From an uncultured Gemmatimonadaceae bacterium (GTDB lineage Bacteria > Gemmatimonadota > Gemmatimonadetes > Gemmatimonadales > Gemmatimonadaceae), in assembly GCA_963781585.1 (NCBI GenBank), contig CAWAGQ010000010.1, positions 64,001 to 128,000 on the forward strand: DNA of 64,000 bases. Reading direction: 5' to 3'. Below, in pieces: positions 1 to 9,463 of the stretch. Each line of letters begins with the position of its first letter. The stretch's first letter is position 1. A program made the translations under genes and the position numbers. The notes under the pieces were generated by a model that saw nothing but the letters and a program-made list of their open reading frames with translations, was not told the DNA's origin and did not search any database.

Positions 1-63
1 ACTGGAGCGCAAGGCCGTGACGCGCACGCCGTACTCTCGATCCCCGGACTCCTGCGTCGGCTT

Positions 64-834
64 CTACTCGTACAGATCGCTGGGGTCCGCCGCCGCGAGC
101 TCCACCAGGAACCCCGCGATCTTCTCCGAGACGAGCCGCGCATACGCGGCGCCCTTGTCCGCGGTCGCCTCACGCGGATCGCCAACGCCCGTATCATCCG
201 TCACCTGACTCCACTCGCGAGGCGCCCACACCCACCTCTCCCGCAGTCCCTTCAGCTTGAATCCACGCGCCGCGCCCGGGCCGGCGTCGGTCAGCGGACG
301 CACCAGCGCCGGAGCGCAGTGCAACATCACGCTCGTCTCCATCTCGCCCGCGTGATCGCCGGGACGGAAGTGCTTGTTCGGATCGACCGCCTGGTACCAG
401 TTCACCGCGCAGAGGAACACGTCCGGATACTTCGGCTGCAGCTCTCGCACCATCTGCCGGAAGTCGTTCCCTCCGTGGCCGTTGAAGATCAGCAGCTTGG
501 GGATTCGCTGATGCGCCAGCGACGCCACCACATCCTCCAGCACCGCGGCCTGCGTGCCCGGATTCATGTTGATCGTGAGCGGGATGTCGAGCTGGCCGGT
601 GTTCACGCCAAACGGAATGCACGGCAGCACGATGACCCTGGCGCCGCTCTCCCACGCGATGCGCGCCGATTCGGTCGCGATGTAGTCGGTGAGCACCATA
701 TCCGTGGCGTACGGAAGGTGATAGTTGTGGGCCTCGACGGCGCCCCACGGCAATACCGCGACCTGGAAAGCGGTTTCCCTGACGGCTTTCCAGGCGGCTT
801 CGGCGAGAACGTAGGGGCGCGGCTGGTTGCTCAT
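64..834 (-). CDS. Creatininase/MftE/ArfB-family amidohydrolase
   Basis: Motifs LPWGAVEAHNYHLPYATD, NGHGGN and DHAGEMETS. ATG at 834 overlaps the upstream stop (ATGA). Confidence 0.9.
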   Translation of the reverse strand: MSNQPRPYVLAEAAWKAVRETAFQVAVLPWGAVEAHNYHLPYATDMVLTDYIATESARIAWESGARVIVLPCIPFGVNTGQLDIPLTINMNPGTQAAVLEDVVASLAHQRIPKLLIFNGHGGNDFRQMVRELQPKYPDVFLCAVNWYQAVDPNKHFRPGDHAGEMETSVMLHCAPALVRPLTDAGPGAARGFKLKGLRERWVWAPREWSQVTDDTGVGDPREATADKGAAYARLVSEKIAGFLVELAAADPSDLYE

Positions 835-1568
835 GGGCCGACCTGGGACTCTGTCGCGCGGCGGCGGTAGGCACGCCACTCGCGCCAGGTTGGAGTGGTG
901 AAGTAGCGGCCATCGTTCTGTGGCTGCCGCGGAATCGCGTCGAATCCCTGCTCTCGAACCCGGTCGATGAATTCACCCAGCACCGGCACCGCGTCGCGGA
1001 GCAGCCTGGCGCGCAACTCGCCGGCACTCCTGACCGTGACCGGGACCGCATGCCGCAGCACGATGTCGCCATCGTCCAGCCGCGGCGTCATGTAGTGGAG
1101 CGTCCACCCCGCCTTGGCGACGTCGTTGCCGGCAAGCGTCCAGAACTCCGACTTCACACCGCGATAGTCGGGGAGCCAGCCGGTGTGCAGGTTGAGGAAG
1201 CCATGCTTCATGTCGTTCAGCGTGCGGGCGGTGACGATCGACGTGCCGAATCCGATAACGAGATCCTGGCCGCCGAAGGCGAATCCATTGATGCTCGCTA
1301 CCGTCTCGTGCGGTGGGAAGGGCAGGGCCGGCAAATGCTGTCGTCCCTCGCGCCGGAACCAGCCGTTGAGCCACACCTGAAAGGCGGCGTTGACGGGTCC
1401 GAGGCGCCGGAGCTTGCGCCAGTAGAACCGCCACCCCGGTCTGCCGGTCTCGATGATCAGCCGATCGACCTTGCCCGCGGCGTGCAGACTCGCGGCAAGA
1501 TATCGGCCGAACACCGAATCATGCGTGACCAGGACGACGCGGATCGCGTGAGCCGGAGCGGCGTTCAT
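831..1568 (-). CDS. N10-formyl-THF-dependent formyltransferase family protein
   Basis: NLHTGWLPDYRG and GWTLHYMTPRLDDGDIV match the Formyl_trans_N motifs. Confidence 0.85.
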   Translation of the reverse strand: MNAAPAHAIRVVLVTHDSVFGRYLAASLHAAGKVDRLIIETGRPGWRFYWRKLRRLGPVNAAFQVWLNGWFRREGRQHLPALPFPPHETVASINGFAFGGQDLVIGFGTSIVTARTLNDMKHGFLNLHTGWLPDYRGVKSEFWTLAGNDVAKAGWTLHYMTPRLDDGDIVLRHAVPVTVRSAGELRARLLRDAVPVLGEFIDRVREQGFDAIPRQPQNDGRYFTTPTWREWRAYRRRATESQVGP

Positions 1569-2436
1569 CGAGAGGCGTCAGTGGATACCCGGCGAAGAGG
1601 ACGTCCGCCAGTTCCCGGATGTTCACGAAGGTGATGCGGTAGTCGTTCCGTTCCGCCATGGTCTGCAGGTGGCGGAGATTCGCGCGCAGATTCCGGAACC
1701 TGTACAGCCGGTCGCGCCAGTCGCCGAGCGCGGGGACGAGCTCGTCGGCGTGAAAATAGGAGACGAAGAAGTCCGAACCGCTGCGAAAGAAATCCGCCAG
1801 CAGCGAGCGGTAGAGGACCGGCGCGGTGGTGGTGGTGAGCATGACGCGCTCGGTTCGGAAGCGGCGCGCGAGGAGCCGGTGCCGAAACGTGTAGACCGGT
1901 ATCATGCGCACGTCGTGCCAGACCATTGGGCGATAGGCGAACTGCGACCAGTCATAGGCATCCACCTGGCCGTTGCCCGGGAAACGCATCCTCGGCGCCG
2001 GGCTGTAGTCGATTCGGACTCCGGCCTCGTGCAGGTGCGTGATCGAGAACTCGTTCTGGAAGGTCCATCCCATGTGGATCACCTCCGGGCGCCCGAGTGC
2101 TTCGGATCCGAGCCGGATGTTCTCCAGGATGTTGTCCTCGGAGATATCCTGCCGGCCCTGACGATCGAAGTAGTGGAGATGCCATGCGATGGCCGACCCG
2201 TGCTGGCGGGCGGCACTCCAGATCTCCCGATAGTGATCGTAGCAGTATCCGGCCGACCCGCAGTAGTCCCGAACCTGGGTGTCGGCCCGCACGTTGAGGG
2301 TCCACTTCACGTCGGGCAGGTCCAGCAGGCGGGGAAGGGCCTCGATCCCGCGCCAGGTCAGTCGTTGCGGATAGCTGTCCCGATCGGGGTCGCAGTCGAT
2401 GCCGATGGCGACGTAGAGGTCCTTCACCGGGCGCAA
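1519..2436 (-). CDS. Putative polysaccharide-deacetylase-like (CE4-type fold) protein
   Basis: N-terminal IDCD, central WHLH and C-terminal SYFHADE resemble deacetylase metal-binding motifs. Start is uncertain (2436 or 2427). Confidence 0.55.
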   Translation of the reverse strand: MRPVKDLYVAIGIDCDPDRDSYPQRLTWRGIEALPRLLDLPDVKWTLNVRADTQVRDYCGSAGYCYDHYREIWSAARQHGSAIAWHLHYFDRQGRQDISEDNILENIRLGSEALGRPEVIHMGWTFQNEFSITHLHEAGVRIDYSPAPRMRFPGNGQVDAYDWSQFAYRPMVWHDVRMIPVYTFRHRLLARRFRTERVMLTTTTAPVLYRSLLADFFRSGSDFFVSYFHADELVPALGDWRDRLYRFRNLRANLRHLQTMAERNDYRITFVNIRELADVLFAGYPLTPLDERRSGSRDPRRPGHA

Positions 2437-2624
2437 CTTAGAGGCCGGTGCCGGAATCGCAATTATTGGTGTGGGTAAACAGGGTTAGACTCGGATTTCA
2501 CGGAAACTCGCGTCCGGGCCCATTTCCCCGGCGATGTAACCGTTTGGTTCGCTTCGTCCCTCCCTCCTCATTTTCGCGCGGTTTCGGCGCTACTTTCGAG
2601 GCCCTCACGAGAGCGGAGAAACGT

Positions 2625-3941
2625 ATGGCTGAGACGTCACCTCGCGGTCGATTCGAGTGGCATGAGCTGCTCACCTCGGACACCGATGCCGCCGCGAAAT
2701 TCTATCCGGCTGTGACCGGATGGGGGATCATGCCGTTCGCGGACGATCCTTCCTACCGTATGTGGACGGCTGCCGGAGCGTCGATCGGCGGGCTGATGGC
2801 CCTGCCTGACGAGGCGAAGGCGATGGGCGAGCCGCCGAACTGGCTTCCCTACGTTGCCGTGCCCGACGTCGACATCACCGTTAGGCAGGCGATGGCCATG
2901 AGCGCCAGGACGTACGTGGAGCCCCGCGACATCCCGAATGTCGGCCGGTTCGCGGTGCTCGCCGATCCCCAGGGCGCCACCTTTGCTGTCTACAGCGCCG
3001 CGGGACGCTGGCCCGGGCACGAGGGACCGGCCAACATGGGGGAGTTCTCGTGGCACGAGCTGATGACCAGCGACTGGCGGAGCGCGCTGGTGTTCTACCA
3101 GGCACTCTTCGGCTGGGACGCCACGTCGTCCATGGACATGGGGCCTGGTGGGATCTATCAGATGTTCGGTCGCAACGGGATTCCGCTGGGCGGCATTTAC
3201 AACAAGCCGCCTAACGTCGAGGGAGGAGCGCGCTGGCTCGGCTACGTGCGCGTCCCCGACGCCGACAAACTGGTGCAGGTGGTGGTGAAGCGCGGCGGCG
3301 CGGTCGTGAGCGGCCCGATGGAAGTGCCTGGAGGTGATCGCATCGTGACCTGCCGCGATCCCCAGGGTGCCCAGTTCGCGGTCCATACCCTCGCCGCGGA
3401 CATCCAGTCCCGCGCCGGGGGCGCAGCGTCGGCCCCGTCGGCGAAGGCCCCGGCGGCGAAGGCCCCGGCGGCGTCGGCCCCGTCGGCGAAGGCTCCCGCT
3501 GCGAAGGCCCCGGCGGCGAAGGCCCCCGCTGCGAAGCGCGCGGCGGCCCGGGTGACGAAGAAGGCGCGTCGAGGGGCGAAGCCCCGTGCGACTGCACGAT
3601 CGCGGGCTCGGACCAAGAGCAAGGCAAAAGCCGCGTCAGCCAGAGGCACACGGAGGAAGAGTGCGGGACGCGGTGCCGCCGCCAGGAAGCGCGCGACAAG
3701 GGTCGCTGCACGTCGGACCGCCAAGGCAACGCGCCCGAAGAGAGGCACGCGCCGTGCGTCATCCCGTGGCCCGGCAGCACGCAAGCGCGGTTCGGCGTCG
3801 CGTGGCCCGGCAGCACGCAAGCGCGGTTCGGCGTCGCGTGGCCCGGCAGCACGCAAGCGCGGTTCGGCGTCGCGTGGCCCGGCAGGACGCAAGCGCCGCT
3901 CGGCGTCCCGTCGCACGACAGGACGCAAGCGACGTCGCTGA
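2625..3941 (+). CDS. VOC (glyoxalase/bleomycin-resistance) family protein with long basic histone-like C-terminal tail
   Basis: Two VOC halves (FEWHELLT...DPQGATF and FSWHELMT...DPQGAQF), a GGAG RBS, then ~170 aa rich in Ala/Lys/Arg. Confidence 0.88.
   Translation: MAETSPRGRFEWHELLTSDTDAAAKFYPAVTGWGIMPFADDPSYRMWTAAGASIGGLMALPDEAKAMGEPPNWLPYVAVPDVDITVRQAMAMSARTYVEPRDIPNVGRFAVLADPQGATFAVYSAAGRWPGHEGPANMGEFSWHELMTSDWRSALVFYQALFGWDATSSMDMGPGGIYQMFGRNGIPLGGIYNKPPNVEGGARWLGYVRVPDADKLVQVVVKRGGAVVSGPMEVPGGDRIVTCRDPQGAQFAVHTLAADIQSRAGGAASAPSAKAPAAKAPAASAPSAKAPAAKAPAAKAPAAKRAAARVTKKARRGAKPRATARSRARTKSKAKAASARGTRRKSAGRGAAARKRATRVAARRTAKATRPKRGTRRASSRGPAARKRGSASRGPAARKRGSASRGPAARKRGSASRGPAGRKRRSASRRTTGRKRRR
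3426..3536 (+). repeat. In-frame 45-bp/15-bp repeats encoding ASAPSAKAPAAKAPA / AKAPA
   Basis: Unit gcgtcggccccgtcggcgaaggc... at 3426 and 3471, plus extra AKAPA units. Confidence 0.85.
3765..3908 (+). repeat. 36-bp tandem repeat x4 encoding RGPAARKRGSAS
   Basis: cgtggcccggcagcacgcaagcgcggttcggcgtcg is identical at 3765, 3801 and 3837, and degenerate at 3873. Confidence 0.95.
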
Positions 3942-3981
3942 GCACGCGCCGGCCCGCGCTGCTCCGCGATCGATGACGCTC

Positions 3982-4015
3982 ATCGGGCGCGCCGCGAATT
4001 CGCGGCGCGCCCGAT
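3982..4015 (+). terminator. Perfect 34-bp palindrome, probable terminator or mRNA-stabilising hairpin
   Basis: atcgggcgcgccgcg-aatt-cgcggcgcgcccgat, 40 bp after the VOC stop; no U-tract. Confidence 0.6.
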
Positions 4016-4181
4016 CCGCACTCGATCTCGAGGCCTCGCCCGGAATCGAAGCGTCCTCGCACACGCAGATTGACTTCTCCCCACCCGGCCTGGGGGACGG
4101 CGCGCGGTTCACGCTGATGCGAAGCCGGTAGCCGAGTGGCGCGAGCGGGTCCAGATTGTCCCACGATCAAGGAGGATCCCC

Positions 4182-5258
4182 GTGACCCGCTGGACTCTGG
4201 CGTTACTCGCCGCCTGCGCGCCCGCCATCCTGTGCGCTCAGGCATCGGTTCCTGAAATCCCGTTCGACGGCGACGTCGATTTTCTCAAACTGCCCGCCGA
4301 CATGTACCTCGGCGAGGTCGCCGGCGTGGCGGTGAACTCGAAGGGGCACCTCTTCATCTTCAGCCGCACCGGTGAGCGGACCACGGTTCACGGGGCGACC
4401 GCCTCACAGCTCTTCGAGTTCGGGCCCGACGGCAAGTACATCCGCGAGATCGGCAGGAACCTCTACGGGTTCGCGTTCGCGCACACGGTCCGCATCGATT
4501 CGGACGACAACATCTGGGCGACGGACGAAGGCACGAACATGATCATCAAGTTCAATCCGGAGGGCCGCGTACTGATGGTACTCGGACGACGCGAGGAGGC
4601 CGCCGAGCCCGCGCCGCCTCGTCCCGCCGGATCGCCGCCGCCCCGCGCCGGCTGGGGCTCGTTCAACCGCCCCACCGACGTGGCGTGGGACACCCACGGC
4701 AACATCTTCATCGCCGACGGCTACGGCAACTCGCGGGTGGTGAAGGTCGATCGCAGCGGCCGATGGGTTAAGACATGGGGCGAACGCGGTACCGACGCAG
4801 GACAATTCAACACGCCCCACACGATCGCCAACGATGCGCGTGGAAACATCTACGTCGGCGACCGTGGCAACCGCCGCGTGCAGGTCTTCGATCCGGACGG
4901 CAACTTCGAACGACAGTTCACCATCGATGTCCCGTTTACGAAGGAACCGAACATCCTGCTCGGCGCCGCGCCGGGCGGAGGCGGCAACCCACTGTCGCAG
5001 TCGGGCGCGCCGTGGGCGATGTGCATTACGCCGGCGCCGAACGAGTTCCTGTACGTTGCCGATGCGGTGCCGGGCCGGATCTACAAGCTCACCCTGGACG
5101 GCAAGGTGGTGGGGGTGCTCGGCGAAGCGGGCAAGCAACCGAAGCAGTTCGGATGGATCCACGAGATCGCATGTCCATCAGAGAACACGTTGTACGTGGG
5201 CGAGCTCCTGAACTGGCGGATGCAGCGGCTCATGCTGCGGCCCAGAACGGTGCAGTAG
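4182..5258 (+). CDS. Secreted NHL-repeat beta-propeller (peptidyl-alpha-hydroxyglycine alpha-amidating lyase-like)
   Basis: AGGAGG RBS, signal peptide, NHL repeats (FNRPTDVAWD..GNIFIADGYGNSRV; FNTPHTIA..GNIYVGDRGNRRVQVFD). Confidence 0.85.
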   Translation: MTRWTLALLAACAPAILCAQASVPEIPFDGDVDFLKLPADMYLGEVAGVAVNSKGHLFIFSRTGERTTVHGATASQLFEFGPDGKYIREIGRNLYGFAFAHTVRIDSDDNIWATDEGTNMIIKFNPEGRVLMVLGRREEAAEPAPPRPAGSPPPRAGWGSFNRPTDVAWDTHGNIFIADGYGNSRVVKVDRSGRWVKTWGERGTDAGQFNTPHTIANDARGNIYVGDRGNRRVQVFDPDGNFERQFTIDVPFTKEPNILLGAAPGGGGNPLSQSGAPWAMCITPAPNEFLYVADAVPGRIYKLTLDGKVVGVLGEAGKQPKQFGWIHEIACPSENTLYVGELLNWRMQRLMLRPRTVQ

Positions 5259-5264
5259 GAGCGA

Positions 5265-6152
5265 TCAGGCGCGATCGGCCGGCGCATCGCTCCCGCGGGG
5301 ACGCGCCGCGGACGGGAGCGGTGCGCCGGCCTCCGCGCCCGATTCGGGGCCGCGGTCGAAGTGCACGTCGAGCTGCGGGAACGCGATCGTGATGCTCGCG
5401 CTCTTCAGTGCGTGCCAGATCGCGAAGTTGAGATCAGACCGCGCGACGCGCGCTCCCCACGGATCGCGGGTCCAGATGGAGACCTCGAAGTCCACCGAGG
5501 AGTTGCCGAACTCGGAGAGCAGTACGCGAGGTTCCATCGACGGAACCCGACCGGGAACGCCGCGCGCGGCGATGGTCAGAACACGGTAGGTGAGGTCGAG
5601 GTCGGAGGCGTAGGCCACGCCCACACTGGTCCGCACGCGGAAGATATTGTCCCGCAGCGTGATGCTCTTGACGGTGTTCTGCACCAGCGTGGCGTTCGGT
5701 ACGATCAGGTCCTCCTCATCGCGTGTACGCACGATGCTCGCACGCAGTCCCACCCGCGTTACGCGCACCACGGTCCCATCCACCTCGAGCACGTCCCCCG
5801 GCCTGATCGTGCGCTCGAACAGGAGGACGAGGCCGGCGACGAAGTTCGCCGTGACATTCTGCAGGGCGAAGCCGAGGGCGGCGGCGAAGAAGGCGCCGGC
5901 AGTGACCAGCGCCACGAGATTCACCCCGACCGACTGCAGGGTGATGACGAGTGCCAGCGTGACCAGGACGTACTGACCGAGCTGGGTCAGCACCGAGATC
6001 GATCCCGACTTGTCGACGCCGCGCCGGTCCAGGGCACGGTGGAGCGCGCCCCGCATGAGCCCGGTGACCACGATCGCGGCCACGGTCACCAGGAGCACCG
6101 TGATCAGGATCGAGACCGAGCTCGGGAGTCCGAGTAGCGTGAAGCGGGGCAC
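5265..6152 (-). CDS. Small-conductance mechanosensitive channel (MscS family)
   Basis: Three TM segments, GFALQNVTANFVAG, IVPNATL and IAFPQLDVH. Confidence 0.9.
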   Translation of the reverse strand: MPRFTLLGLPSSVSILITVLLVTVAAIVVTGLMRGALHRALDRRGVDKSGSISVLTQLGQYVLVTLALVITLQSVGVNLVALVTAGAFFAAALGFALQNVTANFVAGLVLLFERTIRPGDVLEVDGTVVRVTRVGLRASIVRTRDEEDLIVPNATLVQNTVKSITLRDNIFRVRTSVGVAYASDLDLTYRVLTIAARGVPGRVPSMEPRVLLSEFGNSSVDFEVSIWTRDPWGARVARSDLNFAIWHALKSASITIAFPQLDVHFDRGPESGAEAGAPLPSAARPRGSDAPADRA

Positions 6153-6249
6153 GGGGGCGAGGGTTGCGAAGGAGCGACCGGAACGGGAGGGAGAACCTGC
6201 ACCGAGTTCGGGCGCGGAGCAATCGACGCCAGGCCGGCAACCAATTCCC

Positions 6250-6283
6250 CACCCTAAGTGTCTACCCTAAGACACTTGGGGTG
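6250..6283. promoter_or_regulatory. Inverted repeat, probable PadR operator
   Basis: caccctaagtgtct-N6-agacacttggggtg (13 of 14 positions match), ending 13 bp upstream of the PadR ATG. Confidence 0.65.
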
Positions 6284-6296
6284 AGTACCATTCTGT

Positions 6297-6620
6297 ATGG
6301 CACTGCTCAAAGGGACGCTCGACGTGCTGGTGCTGAAGACCCTCTCCTGGGGTCCGATGCACGCCTTCGAGATCGCGACCTGGCTGGAAGACCGATCGAG
6401 CGGGCGGCTCCGGATCCAGGACGCGGCTCTCCTCCAGGCGCTGCACCGTCTGGAAGAGCGCAGGCTGCTGATCGCCGAATGGGGCACCACGAGGAACGAC
6501 CGGCGGGCGCGTTACTATCGACTCAGCGCGGCGGGCCGGGCCCACCTGCGCTCGGAGAGCGAGCGCCTCGTGGACCACGTGGGCGCGCTGACGACGATCC
6601 TTACCGCCCAGCGCAGCTGA
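6297..6620 (+). CDS. PadR-family transcriptional regulator (ADOP-associated type)
   Basis: LLKGTLDVLVLKTLSWGPMH...ALHRLE...EWG...RRARYYRLS. Confidence 0.92.
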   Translation: MALLKGTLDVLVLKTLSWGPMHAFEIATWLEDRSSGRLRIQDAALLQALHRLEERRLLIAEWGTTRNDRRARYYRLSAAGRAHLRSESERLVDHVGALTTILTAQRS

Positions 6621-6636
6621 TCATGGTGCGCGTCCC

Positions 6637-9378
6637 GTGACCTGGGGAGAGATCCGCGTCGGCGTGCGACGGCTCTTTCGCCTGCCGCTGCGCTCCGCGG
6701 AACGTATTCGCGCCGACGCGGAGGAGGAGCTCCGCGCGATGTTCGCGGCACGCGTAGAGCACCACATCGCGCGCGGCATGGCGCCCGAGGCCGCACGTGC
6801 CGAAGCCCTCCGCCGGCTTGGCGTCGACGAGCACGATGCGCCAGTGACCATCCACCACTCGGCCGAACTCCGGGAGCGACGAATGCGCATGCGAGGCTAT
6901 CTGGACGACATATGGCAGGACGTGCGCTATGCGGTCCGTGGTGTCCGACTGCACCCTGGCTTCGCGCTCGCCGTAGCAACCATTCTCGGTCTCGGCATCG
7001 GGGCGAACACGGCGATGTTCCAGATCGTCGACCAGCTCCTGCTGCGACCGCCGGCGTACCTCCGACATCCCTCGCTCACGCACCGCGTGTATCTGAACCG
7101 GATGGTGCAGGGCGAGAACTTTGCGCAACAGAACATTCAGTATCGTCGATTCCAGGATCTCGCGCGCACCACCTCGTCGTTCCGCCGGCTGGCCGGGGTG
7201 TTCTACCCGCGGGTGGCGATCGGTGTGGGCCAGGATGCGCGCGAGATGCGCGTCGGTGCGGTGAGCGCGAGTACGTTCGGGTTCTTCGACGCCAGGCCGG
7301 TAGTGGGGCGCTTCTTCTCGCCGACCGAGGATGCGACGCCGTCGGGATCGGAGGTGGCGGTCCTGAGCTACGCATACTGGAGCAGCCACTTCGGCGCCGA
7401 TCCGGCGGTGGTCGGGCAGTCGCTGCAGATCGGCCCTCGCGCGTTCACCATCATCGGCGTCGCTCCCGAGCGCTTCCGGGCAACGTCTACTTTGTCGCCG
7501 GTCGCGTTCATTCCGATCACCTCGTTCGCGTACCTGATGCTCGGTCGCCCCGGCTGGACCGGCTATTACGAGGGCTACACCAACTCGTGGATGGAGATGC
7601 TTGTCGAACGGAAGCCGGAGGTGACGGTGGCGGCGGCAACCGCCGATCTCACGCACGCGTTCCTCGACAGTTATCGATCACAGCTCGAGCTTCATCAGAC
7701 CTCGGTGCCGATCGCCGTCGCGCGGCCGCATGCGTCGCTGGGCCCGGTGCTGGCCGAGCGCGGGCCCAACCAGGGCAGCCTCTCGAAGGTGGCGATCTGG
7801 CTGGTTGGCGTTGCGGTGATCGTGCTGCTGATCGCCTGCGCCAATGTCGCAAACCTGTTGCTCGCCCGCACGCTCCGGCGCCGGCGCGAGATCGCGCTGC
7901 GTCTCGCGCTCGGGGTGCGGCGGGGCCGGCTCCTGCGCCAACTCGTCATCGAGAGCCTGGCACTCGCGATACTGGGCACCACGCTCGGACTGGTGCTGGC
8001 GCAGTGGGGAGGTGCCGTGCTGCGCGCACAATTCCTCGCCGGCGGCGAAGCGACGTCGCCGTTGCGGGACGCCCGAGTGCTGCTCTTCGCGTTAGGCGCA
8101 ACTGTCCTGGTGGGCATGCTGACGGGCCTCGCACCGGCCGCCTACAGCCTGCGCAGCGATGTCGCCAGCACCCTCAAGGCAGGCATGCATGAGGGGACGT
8201 ATCGGCGAAGCGTCGTGCGCACCGGACTGCTGGTGCTGCAGGGCGCCCTGTCGGTCGTGCTCCTGGTGGGCGCTGGGCTGTTTGTCCGCAGCGTGCGGCG
8301 GCTCGACGGCCTTCGGTTGGGTTACGACGTGAGCAACGTGGCGGAGGTGTGGCCCGAGATGCGCGGCGTGGCGCTCGACAGCGCGCGCGGGGCCGCGCTG
8401 CGCAACGCCCTCCTCGACCGGGCTCGCGCGTTGCCCCAAGTGGTCGCGGCCACGCGCGCCTCCACCATTCCCTTCTACCAGGAGTGGGACGAGGAGATTT
8501 TCGTGGCTGGTGTCGATACCGCGCGGCTCCATCAGCTGGGACCATTCACGATTCAGACGGCGTCACCGGACTACTTCAGGACCTTGGGCACGCGCCTGGT
8601 GCGCGGTCGTCCGTTCACACCCGGAGACGGCGCCGGCGCTCCACCGGTGATGATCGTCAGCGATGCCATGGCGGCGGCGCTCTGGCGGGGCGCGGACGCG
8701 CTCGGAAAGTGCATTCGCGTTGGCGCAGACACGTCGCCCTGTCGCGAGGTGGTCGGCATCGCGGAAACCGCGCGAACGCAGAATTTCCGCCACGATTCCG
8801 GATTCGCCTACTACCTTCCCATCGATCAGGCGGACGCGACCGGCGGCGGGCTCTTCGTGCGCGTGAAAGGGGAGGCGACTGACGAGGCCGACGGTATTCG
8901 GCGCGCCCTGCAGCCGTTGATGCCCGATGTCTCGTACCTGACCGTGACGCCGCTGGCGGAGCGACTCGCGCCGGCCATGCGATCCTGGCGGCTGGGCGCC
9001 ATGATGTTCAGTCTCTTTGGCGCGCTGGCGCTCCTGCTCGCCGCGTTCGGCCTGTACAGCGTGGTGGCCTACAGCGTAACGCAGCGACGTCACGAACTCG
9101 GTGTGCGAATGGCGCTCGGTGCCCGAAGGGAGGTCGTACTTCGGCTGGTTCTGCTTGATGCCGTTCGCGTCGGCGCGGCGGGAATCCTGCTGGGTGGCGC
9201 GGTCGCACTCTGGGCAACGCGATGGGTCGCGCCGCTGCTGTACCAGGTGTCGCCGCGCGATCCTGCCGTGTATGGCACGGTGGCCGCGGTCCTGCTGGTG
9301 GTGACGGTGGCGGCGGGTCTGGCGCCGGCCCTGCGTGCCACGCGGGTCGATCCGGCCTCGGCGTTGCGGGCGGAGTAG
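6637..9378 (+). CDS. Duplicated MacB/FtsX-type ABC permease (ADOP family)
   Basis: LGLGIGANTAMF, LLIACANVANLLLAR, RRHELGVRMALGA and RATRVDPASALRAE, with an N-terminal permease-prefix segment. Confidence 0.92.
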   Translation: MTWGEIRVGVRRLFRLPLRSAERIRADAEEELRAMFAARVEHHIARGMAPEAARAEALRRLGVDEHDAPVTIHHSAELRERRMRMRGYLDDIWQDVRYAVRGVRLHPGFALAVATILGLGIGANTAMFQIVDQLLLRPPAYLRHPSLTHRVYLNRMVQGENFAQQNIQYRRFQDLARTTSSFRRLAGVFYPRVAIGVGQDAREMRVGAVSASTFGFFDARPVVGRFFSPTEDATPSGSEVAVLSYAYWSSHFGADPAVVGQSLQIGPRAFTIIGVAPERFRATSTLSPVAFIPITSFAYLMLGRPGWTGYYEGYTNSWMEMLVERKPEVTVAAATADLTHAFLDSYRSQLELHQTSVPIAVARPHASLGPVLAERGPNQGSLSKVAIWLVGVAVIVLLIACANVANLLLARTLRRRREIALRLALGVRRGRLLRQLVIESLALAILGTTLGLVLAQWGGAVLRAQFLAGGEATSPLRDARVLLFALGATVLVGMLTGLAPAAYSLRSDVASTLKAGMHEGTYRRSVVRTGLLVLQGALSVVLLVGAGLFVRSVRRLDGLRLGYDVSNVAEVWPEMRGVALDSARGAALRNALLDRARALPQVVAATRASTIPFYQEWDEEIFVAGVDTARLHQLGPFTIQTASPDYFRTLGTRLVRGRPFTPGDGAGAPPVMIVSDAMAAALWRGADALGKCIRVGADTSPCREVVGIAETARTQNFRHDSGFAYYLPIDQADATGGGLFVRVKGEATDEADGIRRALQPLMPDVSYLTVTPLAERLAPAMRSWRLGAMMFSLFGALALLLAAFGLYSVVAYSVTQRRHELGVRMALGARREVVLRLVLLDAVRVGAAGILLGGAVALWATRWVAPLLYQVSPRDPAVYGTVAAVLLVVTVAAGLAPALRATRVDPASALRAE

Positions 9379-9463
9379 GCGGGGACCAACCTTTGGCGGA
9401 ACGCTCGGTGTCCAAACCCGTACCGCCGGGCCATCGTCCCGACCAAGCACCGAGAGGACCAGC

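Noticed and set aside
1..63. Partial CDS at the left edge
   Set aside because: Too short to establish frame or strand.
3765..3908. 36-bp repeats as a CRISPR array
   Set aside because: The units are head-to-tail with no spacers, lie in frame inside a CDS, and no cas genes are present.
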